64,000 bases of DNA from Rhodosorus marinus CCMP1338 (taxonomy: Eukaryota; Plantae; Rhodophyta), in assembly GCA_029953675.1 (NCBI GenBank), contig JAMWBK010000003.1, positions 1,922,001 to 1,986,000 on the forward strand, read 5' to 3'. Below are positions 49,174 to 60,474 of the stretch, one piece after another. The notes beneath the pieces were generated by a model. It was not told the DNA's origin and did no database searches. It saw only the letters and a program-made list of their open reading frames with translations. The first letter of the stretch is position 1. Every line of letters starts with the position of its first letter. Both the position numbers and the translations under genes were made by a program.

Positions 49174-49329
49174 ACCATATCTACTCAGTAGACAACAGGG
49201 CGTTGAGCCCTGTATAGATCACGATGCAAAAGCACGATGTACAGATTATTGAAGAAAGAGTGATAACACTATGCAGGAAGCATCTACTTCCACTCGGAAT
49301 CTGGTTCCCTATGTCTAAGCAACAGCGGG

Positions 49330-49770
49330 GAGAGCTTTATGAGGTCCTCTATTTGGCCGAGCTACAATCCGGGACGGTTGGCTTTACACGCTTGCAGACT
49401 GCGAGCTAGTCAGCTCCATCCAGCATGAAACATCAGAAGTCCTTGTCGGAGACAACTCGGTGAGTATCGCGATGTGGACAGTATAGCATGCAGTTGGCGG
49501 GTAAAGATCACTAGACGAGATGGAGATACAGAATCTCCGTGATGAAATGAGTACCTCCCATTCAGAGAGCTAACAGGGCAACCGATGTATTTAGCTCAGC
49601 TCACGCCACCAGATATTCAGTTCGCGGTACGGAAAAGTTGTCAGCTAAACTCGGTAACCGAAAGCAGAGGGATTCGGTTCAGGCGAAATATATCTTCCGG
49701 GCACCTGAGCGATACGAAAGACATCGAAAGCAACAGCCGAATACTCTCCGAGCATTCAGAATCAAACCCC
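49330..49770 (+). mobile_element. Degenerate Ty1/Copia reverse transcriptase C-terminal remnant
   Basis: PFRELTGQPMYLAQLTPPDIQFAV (49558-49629) resembles the Copia motif PYRELVGSLMYL..TRPDIAFAV. With frameshifts it continues as QAKYIF/GHLSDTKD, resembling AKRILRYLKGTKD. Confidence 0.65.
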
Positions 49771-50141
49771 TCCAAAAACAAAAATATATATATATATATA
49801 TCAAGGACACCCTGTCCAAACACAATGACAGTCTGTCCTTTTCTCATAAAGACGGCCTGTCCTTCGAAATTTCTTCGTTCAGAAAAGATGCTTCTGGAAA
49901 ACGATATTTTGCTGTTGGGACGATTGGCAGTTCGGGCGAGGAGAGAGTGGAGGGGTGGGGAGGGGGGAAGGATGGAGTTGAGGGAATGTAAGGATGACAA
50001 AGGGGTTTGGAACAGAGTTTGATGTATTCTATGTTTATGGATGGAAGTAGGAATAGACTAAGCAGTTGTTTTCGTTGCTTAGGGATTAGGATTTTTTGTT
50101 TTGGTGGTGTTATCTTGGTTTAGAGTCTTTCTGTTGAAGTG

Positions 50142-51208
50142 ATGGCGTATAAGGTGCCTGTTCAACAGGGTCCCTCTTTTGTGGATGATGTTCTAAAGAA
50201 TGTTGATACGTTGCCTCAGACTTTGAGGAATGTATATGGGCAGATTAAGGATTTGGATGTTCAGTTGAAGCGTAAGCTTTTAGGCCCGTTGATTTCTTAA
50301 GCTTTCGTTTTGGGGCTTCGTGAGATGCTGAATTCGTTCTTTCATGTCGTTTGGAATGGATTAGAAATTGAGGAAGAAGCTAATGAGTCTTTGGGTAGTG
50401 CTGCTGAAGGGGCGACACTAGCAGATCATGAGGTCGCTCAGGAGGAGTTGAGGAAGAGCGCGGACGTCGTTCATGCCAACTGCGCAGAGGTAAGGAAGCG
50501 CAAATTACTCGTCATGCTCTGGGTTGCGGTCCCCAGGAGACGACTAACTCGGAGGTGAAATTTGTTTGGTTCCCTAGTTGGCGGACAAAAAGATTGCCCT
50601 CGCCCAAAATGCGTCGGATATTATCGCCACTGTAATCCGAGGAATAGATGACAAGCTGTTGAGGTTTGAGAATCAGCTGCGTAAGGAAGGTCGCTGGCCC
50701 GCGGACGCGCCGCCGACGAAAGTACCAAAAACTGTCGCAAGAACTATCCCGACGCCAGAGGTAAAGGCAAACGCCCCAAGAAAAGCGAGCGTTCTCGTTC
50801 ACCCACCACAAGGCATGCGAAGCTCTGGATCTGGGCTTGCAGATGATAACGTTGTCGACCCGAACGAGTGCGTTGATCCCACAAAGTTTTGGTTCACTAA
50901 GAGCTCAACACTGTTCCTTGAGATCGCTAATAACCTGTCCTGAACCTTTTTTTTTCCGGTTAGGCCCCGCTATTGCAGCTGCAGACAGGTCTCATTCGGG
51001 GAAATGATTGCTTGTGAAAATGCGGAGGTACGTTTCATAGCTCAGATGACTCCCACACCCAGAACACACGCATTTCTTCTAAATCGGTGTTGTCATGAAT
51101 GGAAAACTACAGTGCCCGTATGAATGGTTCCACGTCCAATGCGTGGGCCTCACCCAAATACCTTCAGGTACATGGCGGTGCCCAGATTGCAGAAGGTTGA
51201 GACACTAA
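50142..51208 (+). CDS. ING: ING family (inhibitor of growth) PHD-finger protein, multi-exon
   Basis: N-terminal ING domain (FVDDVLKNVDTLPQTLRNVYGQIKDLD; ADKKIALAQNASDII). C-terminal PHD: [47 protein letters not shown]. Confidence 0.93.
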
Positions 51209-51395
51209 CTCGTTGACAACCACTGGAGATGCTCATAAGATCATCTCACCAGCTCCAAGAAAAAAGCCGTAAATAATATTTAAAAGATTAAAACCAATCA
51301 CCTCCTACGATTTGCATACAAAAAAATGATCGAAAGCCTTCCAACCTGATGAAAGCCTATCCTCAGGCCGTATGACAGAGGAGCTAGGCGCCTTT

Positions 51396-51647
51396 TTAAG
51401 ACTCCGAATCAGCGCCGTCCGTCTCGACCCAGTCGTTCTCAATAAACTCGACGTTGTTCCTTAACCTCCGTATCTTCATATCTAACGCTTTTGCATCTTC
51501 CCTCATCATCCAGATCTCCATCTCGCGGTTGGCAATCTCCATATCTACTCTCCTCTGTCTCTCCTTGGCTTCAAGGATTTCCAACCTTACCCTCTCCACT
51601 TTACGGTCAAGGTCTGCTACTTTCTCAACTTCTAAATCGTCCATCAT
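51396..51647 (-). CDS. Small coiled-coil ORF; possibly the last exon of a larger unknown gene starting near 52415 or further upstream
   Basis: 83-aa ORF with heptad/charged pattern (LDRKVERVRLEILEAKERQRRVDMEI). Upstream exon-like segments at 52415-52095 (MLSYLHRCSRDSGYIALGG|VESYENMEQEG..) have canonical splice sites. Confidence 0.5.
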   Translation of the reverse strand: MMDDLEVEKVADLDRKVERVRLEILEAKERQRRVDMEIANREMEIWMMREDAKALDMKIRRLRNNVEFIENDWVETDGADSES

Positions 51648-53892
51648 CTTTACACAAAACCAAAGAGCACATCCGTGAGTTGAGAATTGGGTACTGCGCT
51701 CAAAGAGTACCGGACCTTCTAGATAATGTGACTAGAAAACCTACGTGAAGCATACATAACTTTGCTAAAGGCACTCGTGTAGAGAAAAAAAATTAAAAAT
51801 CTCTAGGTGCATAGTTGACAACGTAACAATTCCGCGCGGAGAAGACTGGGAGCTGCCCGAAAGCGGTTGGCGTTTGAGACGGAGAATAATACCTCTAAAA
51901 GTTCTGGAACTTCGTTGGAGCCTCTTGTGACGGTCTTCCTTATAGCTTCCATTCTTCTCTCACACCAAACATGTGCGTACGATCGATTTCGCTGTGGAGC
52001 ACCTACACAAAAAGACCGCCGCCCCGCCCGATCGACTCGAACTCAGATTCTAGTGTATTTCAACAGGAAGAAAATCGGTAAGTCCTCGCTCACCTTGATA
52101 CCCCGGCGCGCCCCCACTTGACACTCCGGGAGAAGATATTGGATGTTGCTGGTCGTAAGGAGCTTCTGCCCTTCGAGTAGACCAAGACGAACCGGCATCC
52201 ATTGATGTAGGACTCGACCTCGATCCTCCACCGCTTGACCTCTTCCGGAACAAGCTCGGATCATTATAATCTCCTACTTTACCTTCTTGCTCCATGTTTT
52301 CATATGACTCCACTGCTTAGCTTCACATCGAACCACTTGCGAATACTCTTTCCTCACCGCCCCCAAGCGCGATATAACCAGAGTCTCTGGAACAGCGATG
52401 TAAGTAGGACAACATGTCCTGAGGGTTGCTTACGAGGGCTCCAGATGGCTGAAAGGTACTCAGTTAAGATTGTTTTGAAAAGGACTGAGCTGTCTTAAGT
52501 AGACGGGAGGAAGATGGAGTACAACAAGTACCGCAACGCTTGCTCCTGAGTTGAAAAAGAGAAAAATAAGAAAAAAAGGAAAAAAGTGCGCAGAGAAAAC
52601 CGATTTGGGACAATATGTCCAGGTCGGCGGGGTTTGGATTGTAGGGACTACCTGGTGAAACGTAGTCGATACGGCGAAGCGTTTATCACGCTTCTTACGT
52701 AGCTGGCCCCGTTGTCTCTCAGTCGCATTTACACTTTCCGAGTCAAACTGCTCTAATCTGATTGTAGAAAGGCTCGTTTTATCCTATAGATCGATCCTTG
52801 TATTTTTTTCTTTCGTTAACCCCAGTGTTTCCACCAACAGCTTGGATGATGTGGAGTACCAGGCCACCGCAGCTTCTGAACGACCATAGAGGAGGCCCAG
52901 CACTCTGTAGCGCTTCTTAAAGAGTTCTGAAGGAACAGAGAGAGTTCTGAGGGTCAACCAATCCCTTGTCTCTCCGCGTCTAGGCCAGGAGCACCCAAAA
53001 GGTCTTGGGACAATTTACTGGTCGACGAATCGATGGTCCGGTTTGCAATTGGCGCATGGGCTCAATGGACGTTGCTTTCCCAGAGACGAATCGTCATCAG
53101 CGGGCCTTCAAAACCAAATGCTGAGTCTTGATGGCAAGCAATCCCCGAACGACGAACGTAGAGTTTGACAGCGGGTTTGGGACGTTCTGTCCCACACTCA
53201 CGCAGCAGCTTGGATGGATAGTACTGTGACAATCTGTTTTGCGTTTCAGCCAATTCTCTTTTAAGACTCTCTAAACGGCTGGGCTCTACACCTACTGTTA
53301 TATATCATGTGACAACAATGGTACGTGGTAGTTCGGATAGACAGTTTTAAAGGACTGTTTCGCATTCCGATGTGAAGAAGAATCCGTCGTCGAAACTCAG
53401 CTTTGATATAGTGGGCAACGAGCGAGCGCCTTGCCGGAACCTTAGCAGGTTGGGATGTTCGTATGTAATGAAAGGCTCCTCACTCTCTGCCAATGCAAAA
53501 CAGAGTCGGAAGCTCCTCCGCACGGGAGGTCTGTAATGACATCTAACAGATAATCCTACGTTTAGGACGGACCGACGCTTAAGCAGGGCAGCGTCACGGT
53601 GGAGGGGCTGAATCAAGCAAGTCTGAAATAACGAAGAACTTAGTTTTGAGAGTAGCTTATTAGCGTCCTGCCAATGAACAAGCTACCAGCAAGCTAAAAG
53701 CCAGATTGGCTGGAAAATCCAGGGCTGGGGCAGTCGGATGACCTCTGCGTCTTGATGCCCAAGCCATCTTTCGATGCTCATTTCTGCGATGAAGCATCCT
53801 TATGAGCTCTAAAATCTTGGCGGATGTCTCCATATCATGAACATTTCACGTTTAATTGTGAGAGGCTGGGGACGACTAAACAGTCTCCCTAT

Positions 53893-54579
53893 CTAAGCCG
53901 AATCGGCCTCGATTGCCAGGATAGCTGTGCGCTTGCTCGACATGGGATTCTGCCCCGTAATCAGTTTGCCATCAGCAACTGCATGTTCTGACCAAGCCTC
54001 CTTGATGTCGACACATCCTCCCAGCTCCTTCAGTTTCTCGTCGAGGAAGTAAGGTACGATCGACTGTAGACCGACTCCTTTCTCTTCCTCTGCTGTAAAG
54101 CCAGTTACGGTCTTGTCCTTAACCAGAGGCGTGCCATCCTCATTGGTCAACCCCAGAAGCGCTGCGGGTCCATGACACACCGCTGCGACGACGTTTCCCT
54201 TCCGATACACGCCTTCAAGCAGCTTCTTCACAGCTGCGGAAGTGGCGAAGTCGACCACGGTTCCATGTCCGCCAGCCGCAAACGCAATATCATAACTTTT
54301 ATCTTCTGATAGTAGCTGATCAACCGACAAAGAACTCTTCAACTTTGCCATACCAACCGAGTCTTCCATGAACTTGGTACCATCTGGAGTTATAAAATCC
54401 TTTGATATCGAGGACTGATCCATTGGCGGATCACCTCCCTTCACGCTCACGATATCGACATCGTATCCAGCTTCAGTGAATAGATAGTAAGGAGTTGCCA
54501 ACTCCTCCAGCCAAAATCCAGTAGCGTGTCCATTCATGTCATTCGCAGAAGTCAACAAGATGAAAACTGTCTTGCCCAT
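53893..54579 (-). CDS. DJ-1/PfpI family protein (Hsp31/glyoxalase III-like class I glutamine amidotransferase fold)
   Basis: Intronless. GFWLEELATPY, AGGHGTVVDF, AAVCHGPAAL (nucleophile elbow), LITGQNPMSS. Confidence 0.93.
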   Translation of the reverse strand: MGKTVFILLTSANDMNGHATGFWLEELATPYYLFTEAGYDVDIVSVKGGDPPMDQSSISKDFITPDGTKFMEDSVGMAKLKSSLSVDQLLSEDKSYDIAFAAGGHGTVVDFATSAAVKKLLEGVYRKGNVVAAVCHGPAALLGLTNEDGTPLVKDKTVTGFTAEEEKGVGLQSIVPYFLDEKLKELGGCVDIKEAWSEHAVADGKLITGQNPMSSKRTAILAIEADSA

Positions 54580-55569
54580 ATTGAAGTATTCAAAGTTGAT
54601 CTAGAAAGCCGCTTCCTCAGTTCTCTCCTAACCAATCCTTCAAAGTAACTCTGGTCGTCCTCAAGCTTTCTCGTGAGCTATAGCCTTCGTCAATAGTCGA
54701 GGTTTCAATTCACCCGAGCCGTGATTGCTGCATGGCTATCCCGCTCTTCAAAGTGTTTCGTTGGTGACAAGGTTTGGATGGTGAGCGGAAGAACACTTAT
54801 GGCTCCGGAAGCTGGAAGAATTGTTTTTAATTGTCAGACCAAAAGGTTGAACCGCTGTCTATAAGATCCGATACAGTGTTTCATGAGGTCGTCAGATGCC
54901 AGAATCGATGGCATATCATTTTAGAACTTACTTCCCATCCGTGGAGATCGGATGGAGAGGTGAAAGGAGGGGACCTAAGACGCGTCATCAGTCGATCGGG
55001 TTCAAGGCTTAACAACCCACGAGTGCATTTTCCTACGTCCGTCTTGCGAAAGAAAAAGTTGGACATCGGAGACATGTGGTGATTTGTTTGCCACACTGTC
55101 TCTTCCGCTCAGAACACCAAGAATACGGGTCCCTAGGAAGAGGTATCCGTCCTCGGAGGGAGTTTTGCGGACTTTTGTAGACAGGTAAAGCACAAACCTA
55201 AGCAAGGAATTCTCTGCATTATCCAAACTATGAGCTTCCGACCAAACCAGTCCCGCATCATCTAAGGCGTCTCCGACGTAACAGTTTCAGCAGGCGATAT
55301 CGGGACATATCGGCCTTGAAGCGCTCTCAGGAGAACGGGTTTACCAGACATGCAAGCACCGTCATCCACAGCAACGTCAGCCTTCAGGCAGAGGCTACAC
55401 GGTGGGCTGATTCCGGCGAATCTGGCGATCTAGTATTCTGAACAGACTTGTGAACGATGAGATCCTCCACAAGAGCTTATATCAAAAACCTGTGGCAGTT
55501 GACTTGCTGAAACAGTCGAGGAGCTGAACTGCTCGTCGTTGCCGTTGTCTTCGCTTCTGAGGAAGATAT

Positions 55570-55830
55570 CACCATCTGTTTATTCCGAGGCTAACTATCC
55601 CGAGAAGCGGGGAAACAAGACGCTGATGACGCGCGTCTAGAAATAAAGCAGCGTTTGAACGCAAGAGACGCGCCCTATAGAGACTGTATAGGCTCCACTA
55701 CGGATAATCTCGCATGGTGTCCGGACCCTCTAACTACTTATCAATTACTCGAAAATAAGATAGACTCAAAGACAGCTCCGTGAGGAGGCTATCAAGACGC
55801 CCTGGGTCGCCACGAAAGAGAGCACAAAGG
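55570..55830 (-). repeat. Dispersed repeat, copy B (homologous to 36995-37160) with an insertion of about 100 bp
   Basis: Two homologous blocks separated by extra sequence at about 55660-55765 that is absent from copy A. Confidence 0.85.
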
Positions 55831-56015
55831 CAACTAGATCCTACACTATCCACCAGATGAATGTCTCGATTGTAGGAAAGCATTGCCAACATCTTCAAGG
55901 TGACGATGGCAACGAGATTGGGATGTTGAGGTTGGAGTTTGAGTGCTGTGGTGAAAGGCTGTAGTAGAATCAAATATAGTAAATAAAAATGAATGAACGA
56001 ACCAGACTAGTGGAG

Positions 56016-57011
56016 ATGGATAAGCGAGTTTGTACGAACTGTGGAAGGAGAGTTCCAGAGTGGTCGAGGCAGGTTCATACTGTTTTGTGTTGGAGAGGAA
56101 CAGGACGGGTATTTGAAGAAGTATCAGGTACAAATATCGTTACGTGCATTTTTTGCGAAAGGGATTTCGGCGCGAGTGATGTCGACCAGCATCTCTATCT
56201 GTGTAGCGCAAAGACTAGTCTGTGTAGGAGGTGCGAGAGATTTGTGCTCCGTCGAGATATGACAGAGCATTCAGACAGCAAATGCGAATATGGCGCAACG
56301 AGAGAATCTGATTTAGATGTGAGGTAGAGCGTTTCTCCGTCTATTACATTCCCGGTACTTACAGAAACCTGACGTGTGTGTTGTTCATTGTGCAATAAGG
56401 CCGAGTCCGGTTTTCTGTACATAAACGAAGGAGGCCGATGCGTCTATTGTCGCAGTCACGTCACGGAAGAATTGATTGAAAGTCATCTTCATAACTGTCC
56501 TGGGAGACTAGAAATTTGCAACTTGTGTTTTAGCCTGGTACACCTGCGAGAGATGAACTCGTAAGCTCCTCCCGTGTCTATTCTGGATGATGACAGCTGC
56601 TGATTCATGAGTTTCACGCTGCTTGCTAGGCATGATCAGAGCAACTGCGAGAGATACATTGCAGGCCGCGCTTTCAGGATGAAGGAGGTGCGTCTTCTTC
56701 CGCTCGGCTTGAATCTGTCCAGCCTGAAGAGGTGAGCAGGCCGAGAGGTAATTACCCTTTTTTTAAAGCCAAGACTGAAAGAGGACTGCACGTTTCAACC
56801 TCCCACAGACTTGCTCCGTGGATCGCAGTCACTTTCGTAATCGTCTTCATAGCCTGCTTTTCCACTTACGAAGCAATCCAGTATATGTCGACCCCCGTAC
56901 CAGAAAATTTCCACCCATAACCCTAGAGAGTGTGGTAATGCCGACAGCATCAGTGACGTTCTCATACTAACCTAGGACACTATGTATCGTAAATATGGAC
57001 CATGTCCTTGA
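56016..57011 (+). CDS. TRAF-type zinc-finger repeat protein (XAF1/TRAFD1-like), multi-exon
   Basis: CTNCGRRVP..HTVLC, CIFCERDF..HLYLCSAKTSLCRRCERFVLRRDMTEH, CVYCRSHV..HLHNCPGRLEICNLC. Exons join across GT-AG introns to ..DTMYRKYGPCP*. Confidence 0.75.
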
Positions 57012-58568
57012 CGATATCAGATTCATGGGGTGCTTTACCCGGGGCCAAGGTCTCGCAAAAACATTAGTAGAACAAAAACAAATAAGTAGGTAAGTGCAAC
57101 GGTCTCTCTCGACTGCAGTCAAAAAAAACAAAACACGGTTTTGTGGAGGTCCAACCGATGAGTCTTTTCCTCCTTGGAGAGCTCAATTTTCTCTCCGAAA
57201 AACCTAGCCGGGAACTACGAGCTGTCCGAAGCGACGTAGATTCAAAGAGTGGGCGAAGATCGCTGTTTTTGTTCAAATTTTAACACTAGAATGAAGCTCA
57301 GGGGAGGATCAGACAGCGACGAAGGGTTGTGTCAAGCGGGTGTTTCTGAATCATCGGCCAAGCACCTGTTCTTTCCCCTAGTTACAGTCTACCCCGCAAA
57401 AGGGCAATAGTTGATGCATCCTATGAACAAGAATTAAAAATATCTTGGAAGACAATAAACATCAACCCCTCTCCCTCCCCCCTCCGCCCCCCGCCCCCTC
57501 TCCTCAGCGTGAAGAGGCCACCTCCGCTGGAACTCACCTAAAACGCTATCATTTTCGTCAACTCCTCCTTTCACCCCGGAAAACTCTCCTCGTCATCTAC
57601 ATTTAATTCCTACGAAATAAAATATCCTTCTCAAAAACAACTCTCAATGCAGTTCCATCATCGGATTCCCAGACCAGATCGTATCGCTAATAAGAAATTC
57701 CCTTCGAAAAGTATCCGCCGCAAACTCGATTAGTGTCAGCCGGTCAACAGCAATCCTATCGAAAATGATTTATTCAATCAATATTTGATTGAAGTTTCGA
57801 CCCCCCTTGGTCGAGTTGCTTTTTTTAATTTCCTCTTCCAATTTCGTCAGACTAGAGACCCCTATTATCGAAGTATTTGATTCCCGACTAACTGTTTCAT
57901 AAAAAAAAGTTTTGACGAATGGAAAAAACTATATATGATTGGAAACCCCCTTTGACTATATCGATTCGGAACCTATAGAAAAGCAAAATAAATAGAAAGG
58001 GCTGGCGCATTGTTCTAAAACAAAATTTTAGGTTTCAAGTCGGCCGCCTTGGGATTGAGATGGACATCCGCACGAAAGCCCTGCAACCGCACGTGCTTAA
58101 CGCAACCAAAAACCTTCGTGCTCATTTAAGCGTCGCCTATAGATAAAGAACCGATTGTATAATGATTGAAAATTTCTTTGTCCAAAGGGGGGCGGTATAA
58201 AACTAACTCTGTTTGGATAAGGGAGGTAAATATGTATGTTTTTGTATATAATAGTTTTTCTAAGGGTGGTTTTCAATGAAGGTATTTTATTTTTTGACTG
58301 ATGTATTTAACTATTTTGGGAAAATTAGAAGGTGACGATTAGATGTAATTTTAGTTTCACCTGCGCCAAGCTGTTTGTGGTTGATTACCTTGGCGATCCA
58401 TTTGGCATATCGAAGTTGCGACCTGAAAATTTACGTTCTTTTTCCGCTGCTTTTCGTCGTTGGAGGGTGTCCTAGCGCTCTGATTGATGATCGTCGTAGG
58501 GTGCAGGTAAACACATGATTCAGACAGAGAGAGCGAGAGAGAGCGAGAGACAGAGAGGGAGGGGAAAT

Positions 58569-58574
58569 CACGTG
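58569..58574. promoter_or_regulatory. G-box (CACGTG) upstream of the bHLH gene
   Basis: Exact CACGTG next to a GA-repeat in the upstream/5' leader region of the bHLH gene. Confidence 0.35.
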
Positions 58575-58881
58575 GGAGGGGCTGTAGATTTCGGATTCTG
58601 TTCGGGTGATTATTGATAGAGGTGTTATTGAACTATATCTTGTAGCGAAGCAGTTTGTTTTTGACAAGGACGATAGCTGCTTTTTTTTTTTTATGGGTGC
58701 ACTGCTTTGTTAGTATATTGATGTGAACAGGCTACTTTCCAGGTGTTTCTGTGATGAGTGACGTGTTTGGGAGCTTCGGGTTCTCATTTGGTCATCGGTA
58801 AAAGCCTGGTTCTGCTCGTCTGGAGTGAGATGGATCGGTGATGGATTGACAGCTTAACGTGGGCTGTGAGAATATCCCGCG

Positions 58882-59795
58882 ATGAGCTCCACCACTCCGG
58901 GAAGGGAAGAAAGCGACGACTTTAATTCGAGGAAATATCCGCCTCCTCCACCGGAAAAGCCCAGCCTGTCCATTCGAAAACGAGATTCCGAGAGAAGGCG
59001 AAGGGAGGAGATACATAGTAAGTTTCATTCGCCAGGTTTCTAGCCCAGGATTCATCTCTAGTTGACCTTTGCTTCTCCTGTATATCGCGCTGCCTGAACT
59101 ACAGCGAGCTTTAAGAAGCTTGAGGATGTTCTATGCCGGTCGCGAGGCGAGGATGTCATACACGGAAGGAAGTGGGATAGAGAGAAGATCGTCCATGGCG
59201 CGACCGAACATATTAAGGAGCAGGAGGAGAGGCTTGCTTCACTGAGATCCGAGCTCTCAAAGATCGCTGCTCAAGTCGATGACATACGCAGTGAGAAGGT
59301 CGAGCTCAGGGCGGACAAATTGTATCTTAAGGAGGAGCTCGAAAAGCTGCAGGAGGAAAATCAGCGATTGAGGCATGACAATAAGATATTGATTCAGTCA
59401 ATGAACAAGGAGGTGCGTGATCTGGAGCCAAACGGACCCCTCGGGTGTAATATCTACATCGCGAAACTGATCGCATGCTTGAAACTCCTTTCGCCCTACA
59501 GCAACACTGGCCATCGCCAGATATGACAGACTTCCAAGCACCGGAACCCGCAACAATGTACGAAGTTGCTCCTCCTCAGGAACCTGTGTCTCATCCTCAA
59601 CCGGGAAGCGTGGTAGACCCAACTCAAATACCACAAGCAAGGCCGCCAGCTGTCCAGAACAATCAACCGTTGATAGGAATGCAGGGCAACGCGAGAGGTA
59701 CTCAGGACCAGTTCCAGCAGCCGCGGCATCAAGTCGAACACGAAGAAAGCGAGCATTACAACTGGGATGCTTTCGATGGATCAAATCTCCTCTAG
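58882..59795 (+). CDS. bHLH-leucine zipper transcription factor resembling plant subgroup IVb/IVc (ILR3-like), 3 exons
   Basis: Exons 58882-59017, 59105-59412 and 59502-59795. RKRDSERRRREEIHTSFKKLEDVL..WDREKIVHGATEHIKEQ, then the zipper DIRSEKVELRADKLYLKEELEKL; Pro/Gln-rich C-terminus. Confidence 0.8.
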
Positions 59796-60474
59796 TTTCG
59801 AAGAGGGGCTCTGTTCTACGAGACTGCCACAAAATTACAACTCGACCAGCTGGGGCAGGACGACGCTCGTCGGAGAGACAATGTCTTAGGCCTCCATGTA
59901 TACAACATAGACACTTAGGATTAATTCCAATTTGATAATATCAACTAACACAACGTAGAGAGTGTTTTAATGAACGGCTGGCTTAGCCAAAATCTACACG
60001 CCTCTCCAATTTTTGTGTAGCCTTCTGCCTAGTGTTCTTCCTGTTTGGTACGACTGCGACAGGCTGGCGTCGGGCATCTCTAGATACCGACACTGTTGAA
60101 GTAATTTATATGTTACCTACTACTCATCCCCACCCCTCTTCTCCTCTGTTGAAAAGTAATCGCTCATCAGACTGACCCGCTAGCCGGGACTTTGTCGTCT
60201 GTAACTAAACGCCTGGAAAGGGAACACTACGGTCAGGCCGAAAAACCTTTCACATCTACATCATCATCATGGTGAACATATCGTATCTCCCGCCCCGGGG
60301 TACTGCCCACTGGCACCACGACCATCATCATCCTACCGCGCGGTCCTCGAAACCCGCTCCCCAAAGCCTCGACGCCACAAACGTGCCTTACTGTGCACCT
60401 ATGCCACTCCTCAAGCAAAAGCCCACGATTGTGGTTATGACCGCCCTGCCCTTGAGAGTGGCGTTGGTAGGCCT

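Noticed and set aside
59320-59526. bZIP call for the leucine-zipper ORF
   Set aside because: The spliced upstream exons give an ERRRR basic region and helix-loop-helix spacing, so it is a bHLH-ZIP.
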